Shown here in pieces: positions 52,239 through 64,000 of a stretch of 64,000 nucleotides of DNA. The notes beneath the pieces were generated by a model. The model had not been told where the DNA came from. It did not search any database and worked only from the letters and a program-made list of their open reading frames with translations. Position 1 is the stretch's first letter. Every line of letters begins with the position of its first letter. The stretch lies in assembly GCA_046563655.1 (NCBI GenBank), contig CM102284.1, forward strand, positions 5,642,001-5,706,000, given 5' to 3'. Source of the DNA: Yuukianura sp. NJ FZ-2021 (Eukaryota). The translations under genes and the position numbers were made by a program.

Positions 52239-54264
52239 ATGTTAACGCTATCCCAAGTCTCTGCCTTATGTCTTCTACTTGGTAAGCGGAATTTGAATTC
52301 TGAAATAATATAATAATTGGGAGCAAAGTACTGATTATCTGGATAATTTGTGTAGGAAGCGGCGTTATAGCGGAAGATGGCTACGGGGAAATAAACAAGA
52401 CGTCTCCTCTACAAATATCTACACACGATCTAATTCTAAAAGTTGGCACCTCCGCAACAGCATACGTGACACCATCGTTAGCGAAATACTTGTACTTTGA
52501 TTATTTCCTAAATGTGTAATTGATTTCTGGTTGTCTATTTTTAGTGATACGTTCAACACGTCGTTTGAGGGAGCTTCAGAAGCCAAACTTGTCTTCGAAT
52601 TCCAGTCTGGAATTGACTGGGTGATCGCTAAAATTCCTGACATTCCACTGGTGGTCAATGGCACTCAAATACTAAAAAATGCTAGCATCGAAATTAAAGC
52701 AACAAATGCTGGCCGAGTCGTTGTTATTTCGGAGATTGAATCTGTGCCTTCCTTGAATCTCACGTAAGACATTTTAACACTTTAAAGAAGTATTAAACGA
52801 TTGAATGAACACAATATTAAATTTTTTTAGGGCTGGAAACATTTTCCTACGGATAATCACGTACAAAAGTTCTATTTTGCTTACGGTTGCCGAAATTGTT
52901 GGATGGATCTACTTTGTAGCCTGGTCGATTTCGTTCTATCCTCAGATCTACCAAAACTGGCGTAGAAAAAGGTACTGGTTCCGATGTTCTGAATTATAAT
53001 CATTCTAAGATTTCGGTTTGGTTTGTTCAGTGTCCGAGGCTACAGCTTGGACTTTGCTTTTCTCAATGTCACGGGCTTCGTCGTTTACGGAATTTATAAT
53101 TCCTGCTTGTTCTGGATTCCAGAAGTGCAGGTCAGTTTCGGTTCAAGCTAGAGTGACTCTTAAATCGATCTTCTTTATTCTTTAATCACTGGAGATTGGA
53201 AAAATATATTCTGAATTTTTTAGGACGAGTATACTACAAAGTATCCAACAGGGGAGATTCCAGTCCAAATCAACGACGTGATCTTCAGCATTCATGCCAT
53301 TATGGCGTCCGGGATTACTTTATTACAGTGCATGATTTACGACGTAAGTTTTCTTACCGTCTTGTGTATATTTTATTTGTCTTAACAAAAAACCTTAAAG
53401 TTGGTTCGTGTGAAAAGTTTGATTTCTTTTTCCAGAGGGGATCTCAGACGGTATCGAATACTGGAAAAATGCTGCTCATGTTCATCTACTTGTTCCTAAT
53501 TGTTATGATCATAATCGCCCTCAGCAATCATGCCGTTACCTGGTTAGCTTTTCTCACAGTTTGTTCCTACGTCAAACTCTTCATAACGCTGATCAAGTAC
53601 GTGCCTCAAGTAAGTTTCTGTTCTGGTTCAGTCAGTTACGGGCCAATGAACATCATCTAACGCTCTTATTTGAAAAAGAAAACAATTTCATTACTTCTCG
53701 TTCTCGATTTTTCAGGCACACATGAATTGGGCAAGGAAAAGTACTTCTGGATGGTGCATTGGAAACATTTTACTGGACCTGACTGGTGGTATTTTCAGTC
53801 TTTTGCAAATGATTATCATTGGTTACAATCACAGTAAGATGCTTAACCTAACCTTTTCCATGCCTTCATTTGAAAAACCATACAATGCCTCACTTGCCAC
53901 TTTCACTTTCGTAGATGATTGGTGGTCTTTGCTTACGGACCTCACTAAATTTGGCTTGGGATTTTTCTCCATTTGTTTTGATATCCTCTTTATTATTCAG
54001 CACTACATTTTGTACAGGTAATCAATGTTTTTGCTCTACATGATCGTTATGTTGAAGCTTGTTTCTATCGTGTAAATTCTGAATTCTAGAAATCATGAGG
54101 CATATGATCCTCTGGAAGGGAATGATACTGCAGTTGATCCCTATGAAGACATGGTCACAAGTAACAACATCGGTCAAGACGACGACACGGATAGGGGGAG
54201 TCAGCGTTCTAGTAGTGCGTCGTCTACATCCGAATTTCCAAGACTCAATGCCTTCACACCTTAA
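52239..54264 (+). CDS. CTNS: Cystinosin (lysosomal PQ-loop cystine transporter), multi-exon
   Basis: Signal peptide and glycosylated luminal N-terminus. Motifs [65 protein letters not shown] and [16 protein letters not shown]. Tail motif YDPL. Confidence 0.95.
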
Positions 54265-54932
54265 AAACTTTGCACAAATGATACCAATTTAGTCTAAAAA
54301 CAGAATGCGCTTATTGGCATTCTGTAATCACAAACTACGCTTCCAATTGTGCAGTCAATCCCTAGTTTTCGGCGTGTGCGTATTTAAAAATCGTTCTATC
54401 ATTACCGATTTACGGTAAATGGTAAAGCAACTGATTATTTAGCAACGATTAAATTAGTCATTTTGCTACAAGAACTACAACAGGGATTATTAAGTTGAAT
54501 TAGAATTACGGGATGATGATGGAAATGTCGTAATTATTTTGACAGCTCTCACACGTTCTAAAATGATTTTTTTAAGAAACATTTTTGAAAAACGAATTGA
54601 AAAATCAGATTTTTTTTTAAATAAAAAATTCTGTTTTTGATTTCAGAAAATATTAGAACACAGATTTTGAGCGTTTGCCCAACACTGCTTGTTGGTGATT
54701 CTTCGGATGACTTGGAGTAAAATTTTGTCGGACTTACATTTGTGCACTGTAATGTTTGGAAAACAAAAAAAAATTGTCAAATAACGATTAATCGATTCAC
54801 TCAGCTCAGGTTTAATTTTCAAGTTTCAACGTTAGATCTCATCGAATTACGGTAAATACACCAGAAATCGGTGAGTCTTCACGTATTGGTCTTAACTCTT
54901 TGAACTAGAGCAGGTAAATTAGCTCGGCTGAA

Positions 54933-56179
54933 ATGGCACTGGAAAGATTCTGCGGACTGGATGTGAACAAATCGTTGTTCGGCAAATTCTCTTCCCTATC
55001 CGAGACTGAAGAGGATGTCTACGCTTACACTGGCAATTTCAAGGACAACACCAAGATTTTGCTTCCACCGGCACTAGACGTAAGTGAAATTGATTGGAAT
55101 CAAAATGCTAACGTTTCTGATACGGCACTTATACTATTCTAATCCTGAATTTCATTGTTTAGATACCAGAGTTGGACGACATGAAGACGGATTACGTTGA
55201 TCCGCTTCATGGCAATCGCGCCTTGAATTCCAATCGGAAGAATTTCAAAAGTAATGCTCCCGGTAGCAACATCAAAATCCAAATGGATCATGGAACCACA
55301 ACTCTTGGATTTAAGTTTCAAGGAGGTATTATTATTGCTGTTGACTCTCGTGCAACTGGAGGAATGTTCATTGGTACGTTTTAAAACCCTTGACCAACCT
55401 AGACTTAAACGTTAAGCTAAGCAGCCACAGGACTAATTGAAACTTTTTCCCAGGTTCTCAGTCTGTCAAGAAAGTCATTGAGATCAACAAGTATCTGCTT
55501 GGAACAATGGCCGGAGGAGCAGCGGACTGTACCTACTGGGACCGTGTTCTTGCTAAACAATGTCGACTTTATGAACTCCGTAATCATGAACGAATTTCTG
55601 TTGCTGCTGCCTCCAAGCTCCTTTCGAACATGACTTACCAATACAAGGGATACGGCCTTTCTATGGGTGTCATGATTGCTGGATGGGATAAGAAAGGACC
55701 TGGTCTCTACTACGTCGATGACGATGGACGTCGAGCTCCAGGAAATATATTCAGCGTAGGATCCGGCTCAACTTACGCCATGGGAGTTCTGGACAACGGC
55801 TATCGGTTAGTTTGATCACCAAAACGTTTCTTTAGTTCCATTCCAGTTGAGTTGAGAGTTTGAAACATTGACTTTTTTTGCTCCTAGTTTCGACATGTCA
55901 GACGCAGAGGCCCAAGAACTTGGTCGTCGTTCCATTTTTCATGCTACCCATCGTGATGGCGCTAGCGGTGGTATAATCCAAGTGTATCACGTAAGATTGT
56001 AAACTAACAAGTTGTGTGTTGATGAATTTTGGTCAAAGTTTCAACACGTTGTTGCTTTGTTTTATTAGATAAAAGAAGATGGCTGGGTTCGAATTTCTGG
56101 ACAGGATTGTGACACTCTGTGGGAGAAATACCAGGCGGAGAAGGTACCTCTTCGTCCAATTCAAACCAGAATGGAGTAA
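54933..56179 (+). CDS. PSMB5: Proteasome subunit beta type-5, multi-exon
   Basis: Propeptide followed by [25 protein letters not shown]. Motifs [31 protein letters not shown] and [11 protein letters not shown]. Confidence 0.97.
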
Positions 56180-56319
56180 CAATTATACAACTACGTTTTA
56201 CGTCCATCTTTATTAAAATACGATTCTAACTTTGTATTGTCACTGGTAAAGTAAAAATTAATAAAAATTATTGAAAAAGAAAATGCAGATGTTTATAGGT
56301 ATACAGTGAATTGAGGAAC

Positions 56320-56566
56320 AGGATTTTCTACAGTAGCAATTGGCTCTCACCTTTTTTGCAATAGAAATTACCTGTCAGTATTTTCCGTACCAGGAATTGG
56401 CTGTCCGCATTTTTCGTAACAGAAAATAGCTGCAGTATCTTTCGCAATAAAAATGAGCTAGTACCAGGATTTTTCGCAACAGAAATTGCCTCTCACGATT
56501 TTACGTAACAGCATTCTCCGCAATAGGGATAAACCCGTTTTTTTGGTATTCCTGTTGCCGAAAAAA
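56320..56566. repeat. Degenerate ~30-bp tandem repeat (about 7 units) plus one inverted unit
   Basis: Recurring TTTTnCG(C/T)AACAG(A/G)AATT core; inverted copy TTCCTGTTGCCGAAAA near 56549. Confidence 0.55.
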
Positions 56567-57496
56567 AATCATGTTGTTTATCAGCAAATCTCCCCCCATA
56601 CTGGACAAGTAAAATTGGCCGAGTAAAATCCTTCGGAGTGTTCTAGGAAATGTACTGACTTACTTAACAAAACAAGGTTGAAATTTTGCACAAAACTAAG
56701 ACTCCCAAGACTCCCTTTAGCTTTCACTATAACCAATGGATTTTTAAGCGTGGTTTTACTTATCAGCGAATTTTTACAATCGAATTTTTTGTTGTGGCTT
56801 CTCGACGCGTGCACACCCGGAAATGAAAATTTCATTACGTTTTTGACTTAACAATTATGTAATAATGTTATTAGTTTGTTTAAAACAGACACACGTAAAG
56901 CTATTTGGTATATCGTTTCAGAACCTAAAATAAACGCACCACAAATGACAAGCCTGGCATTAGGGAATTTCAGAAGATTCTGATTTTTTAATTAAGGGCG
57001 GTTCTAAATTTAATGATACGTAGCATAAATTATTCTAATTTTTGCAACGCAAAGTAAATATAAATTACGACCCGTCCCTAATTTTTTTTTCTAAATTTTT
57101 TCTATTTGTTCATTTTTCGGTTTCGAAACAATGCCCATTCTATTATTCTAAGAACTTTCATTTCAGCCGTTTCAATGACAATTATTAATACTAGATATTT
57201 AATTTGGTCATATCCAACTAATTAGTACTCTTATGGTTTTCCATTGGAATGCATTGGGCAATGTGCAGCTTGTTAATTGTGTGCTTTGCTTACATTTTAT
57301 CCTTCGCCTTTTAGACTTTGTGGTGTTCTCGTTCAAAATTGGAACGATAATATTCTAATTAGCGGTAAATCCGGAAGTACAACTTGATACTAGACTCGTA
57401 TAAAACTGAGTGCTTGGTGAACTAAATTTTTGTAAGTTTTGAATTTTTTAATTTTGAAAAAACCATAAACCGAAAAGTAAAGGAAAAATCAAAGTC

Positions 57497-57797
57497 ATGA
57501 ACGTCAAGGTTTTGTTTGGAATTTTGCTTGTAATTGCAGCAATGGCATCAACTGCACAAGCAACATGGAATGGAAGTTGGTTTTAAATATTTTGACTACT
57601 TATTTAATATTTGTCGATTTTGTTTACTCCTAAAGTGTAATTGTGTTTTAGATTGTCATGCTGCCGTTGGAGACATATGTACCTGGAACGGGGGTCAAGG
57701 GTCATGCTGCAGTGGAATGCAATGCTACGTACAAGCAAGTTGGACACCAGAAGCAAGATGCTACTATCCAACCCCAAGTGGTCAACCCGGACGATAA
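57497..57797 (+). CDS. Small secreted knottin (ICK)-like peptide; exons 57497-57575, 57652-57797
   Basis: Signal peptide MNVKVLFGILLVIAAMASTAQA and a phase-1 intron. Cysteine pattern C-X7-C-X8-CC-X4-C-X11-C, ending in GR-stop. TATAAAA at ~57399 and AATAAA at ~57845. Confidence 0.85.
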
Positions 57798-58633
57798 AAC
57801 TAAACTCTGTCAAATATGTTAATGCGAATCGCGTTACTTAAAACAATAAATTTGAAAGAGTCCCATTTCGAAGCGTAAAACTAATAACATATTTCCATTT
57901 ATTTCACACCATTCGTATTTATTATTTGAAACATCGTAACGTTTTTTAGGAAACCGAAGATTTTACCGAATGGTGTGTTACTGGGTCATTGCATTAGCCT
58001 TGTCTAGCCTAATGGGAGACTTTCTCCATTTGTATGATAAAGGATTTCCACAGTCAAACTGGTGTAAAACATCATGCAAGCCACTAGGAAGGTTAATTGA
58101 ATGAAAAAAATTAATTTTATAAAAAATTATGTTTCAAGTGTAATTTTGATGGTCGCTGAGGTCAATAAGGGTATAGGATCATCGATAGTTACCTTTCTAT
58201 TTAAGTTTGAAGACAAAAACATATTTAATTTTCTGTTATTTGCAAAAGTTAAGTTTTTGCAACACCTCCGAGAGACCCCCCATAAGTTCTAGCGAACAGA
58301 TGAATTCGCCCCGGGAAAAGAAGACGCCGCGGCAAGCTCAGCTGTACACTGTATCTTTTTTTCTTATTTCATTTCTTTTCTTGCCTTTACTTGGTGGTGG
58401 CGGTGGTAAGTAAGTAAACTATCATCGACGTAAATTGTCATTCCCTTCTCTCAAGAATCGATCAAATAGAGCAGAGTTCGAACAAACGAAGCCTAGAGCG
58501 ATACTGTTAACCGGAAACCAATCTGGTAATGCTGTCACTAAGACTAAGCTGTAAAATTAAAAACCATCAATCAAAACGTATAATACTGGTACAGTTGACT
58601 AACCGTTATTCATTTTCGTAGATCTAGAAAGCA

Positions 58634-60438
58634 ATGACGTCTCGTTCCCGTTCCCCATCAACCTCGACATCCGGCAAAAGAAAGAGGTCTTCAAGGTTAC
58701 AAGACGATGAAGTGGAGACATTGTTCAAAAATGAAGTCCCTATTTCCGAGTCCTTTCTTGAGCATCAGCTAGTCAAGATGAGGAACAAATCCACTACTGA
58801 TGTACACTTAATCTGCTCTAATGGGTTTATTCCAGTACATGTAAGCATCATTCATTCAAGGTTCTTAAATAAGGTTACTGGGAATGAAATGTTTGTTGTC
58901 ATCCCACAGGCTGTCATACTGCAGAGTGTCTCACCATTTTTTGAAAAGATGTTTAGTGCACAGGTTAGAAGAGAAATGTCCTTCATTGCCATTCTTCAAC
59001 TTATAATTTGAGTATTGGGTCAATTCATAAGTTTTTTTTTAATATCTAACACAGGGAGATTACTATTTCGGCAACCGTCCAGTTATTATGCTGGATTGGA
59101 CTCTGGAAGAAGTTTCAAAGATGGTGGAATTCATTTATACTGGTAAGCTTCTTTAATCTGTATTACCGAATTCTGAATCTTAATACACTTTTTTTTTTGA
59201 ACGATAGGAACAACCACAGTGACGAAGAGGGAACAAGAGAACTTGAAGACGATGCTTGAATTTTTCAGAATTCATATCGCTCCAGGCGACTTCAAAAGCG
59301 AGAAGCGTAATTCAAACCTACGAACTCTGCCGAAGACCCAGATTTTGTTGTTTCGCGGCAAACAAGTAGAGGAAATTGACCTTGATCCTTCGGAGAAGCC
59401 TATAAACGGCAAGGAAACGGTTCGACGGAAACACAGAGCAGAAGAGGAAGATGCTGACGACACAAAAGTACACAAACGAGCCAAAGTACACGAAACTGGA
59501 GAAGTTGATTTGGACATGGCTGATATTGAAGAGATTCCAGTGACAACTCAGGGCCGCAGCGACTCCAATTCTTCCTCGTCTACTAGTAGCAAAACTACCC
59601 ACACAGTTGTAGTAGCATGCAAGAGCAAACCGGGTCCTGCGTCCAGAAAGAAAAGTACGCAGCGAAGTTCTCGCAAAGAAGTCAATGACCCAAATCGCGT
59701 CTCCAGCACTGATACATCTGATGGCGAGATTGACTTTGTCGAAACGAAGAACAGCGACTGGTTCATGAAAGAAGCTTGTCGATGTCAAAGGTTAGATTTT
59801 CACCTCACAAATTCAAGTTTAATTAAATTCGAACTAGAGTTGACCGTGCCCCCCTTCTATGCTTTCTAGGTGCAATAAAACTTATCCGAATCCAGCAGAA
59901 GCCAGTACATGCCTCACTAATAACCACAATCGTTTGAGATGCTACTTGTGCTTCAAAGTTGTGCGTACAACTGCCAAACTATTTCTTCATTTCTCGAAGA
60001 GACATCGACAGGTAATTTTGTGAATCACGATAACACAATGTTCCAAATTTCAAACATGTTCGTTTTTATATCCAGGGTGCAAGGGAGCAGACGCTGATCT
60101 GCGGCTGGTGTGACCAAACCATTCCATTCAAAAGCGTTTCCTGTCACGTTATTAGTCTCCATTTGACAGGAATAATCGCTCCAAATCAAAGACTAAGAAG
60201 ACCTCTTCCTGCTCCACGAACTTATCGCTCAGATGCTGTTGGACGATCGACACTACCGGCTGTTTCTAAAGTTCCAGAAAAACGACGACGTGACTTGACG
60301 GCAATGACTATTAAAAATGGGACGCCGCCGGATGCTAACGGAGACGTCGAAACTCGACTCGCGACAAGTGAAAAGCAAACCATCCGCTTCAGAAGCATTT
60401 GCGGCCAAACTCGTGTTTTCGTTGTGAAGCTCAAATAA
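58634..60438 (+). CDS. BTB/POZ domain protein with C-terminal C2H2-like zinc fingers, multi-exon
   Basis: BTB motifs TDVHLICSNGFIPVH|AVILQSVSPFFEKMF and EEVSKMVEFIYTG. C-terminal CQRC, CYLCFK..LFLHFSKRH and CGWCDQ..CHVISLH. Confidence 0.8.
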
Positions 60439-61134
60439 TGCTGTTCAAATTGAGGTCAGCAAGCATCCAATACTTCCAACATGTCTTCCTTTTTTGATAC
60501 TTTATGCTAAATGGCACACTTTTCAGCAAGCTAAGATGTTTCGTGTTTCTCAAATCACAAGCGACGCTTGTCGCTGAACTATCATCTGTTTTTCCACGAA
60601 ACCCTATTTTTGTTTAGCTTTCTACTCTCGAAATGTTTAGTTTCTACTCTATCTGTACAGTCGAAATGTTTAATTAAGCTTAAGTTAAATTTTTATAATT
60701 ACAACTCTTCATTATTAGTTGGAGTTTACCGGGTCCTGAATGTGCAATTTCACACACTGAGATCAGATTCGCAGATTTGAACTTTTTCCAATTCAGAATT
60801 CACATCAAAAGTGCTTGATGCTTTGATGAACGCAAAATCTCGAAATCGTTGAAACTTGGTTAGTTAATTAACCGCTTTATTTTAGAAGTGTGAATCATTC
60901 AGTGAAAATAGTTTCCTTAAATACTGTCTCATTACTTTCTTAACACTTTCGTTTAACTTAAATAAAATGTATACAAATTGTTTATTGTTTTGAGATGGAC
61001 TGGATATAATCTCTCCTCAATGGCACTTGGTACTTCGCTGTCACTGGTTAGATTGACCTTACTTGACCTGCTAACCAGGTTTCCTGATCTTCGTAGTGTA
61101 TTTGATGTTCAAAATGTACTTTGAGTTCACGGGG

Positions 61135-64000
<2,866 letters not shown>

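Overview
Gene-dense eukaryotic DNA with short GT-AG introns (mostly ~55-100 nt). An arthropod is most likely (spaetzle, runt with VWRPY, TCAGT initiator, TTAGG repeat); the species cannot be determined. Conserved genes: NEMF/Caliban (partial), mitochondrial ribosomal S31, kinesin-5, choline transporter-like, BRX1, cystinosin, proteasome beta5, a BTB/zinc-finger gene and runt (partial). Lineage-specific items: a zinc-site-degenerate, probably GPI-anchored ADAM-like protein; three tandem secreted beta/gamma-crystallin-like genes; a 14-kb Pro/Gly/Tyr-rich structural gene with several phase-compatible alternative last exons; a 5-exon orphan gene nested antisense in spaetzle intron 1; a 245-bp foldback MITE with an 8-bp TSD and a (TTAGG)4 loop; an amidated knottin peptide; and an intron-containing type I membrane glycoprotein resembling baculovirus F / errantivirus Env (candidate domesticated viral fusogen). 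All gene models were assembled by eye from splice signals and reading frames. No database search was run, so family assignments rest on remembered motifs.
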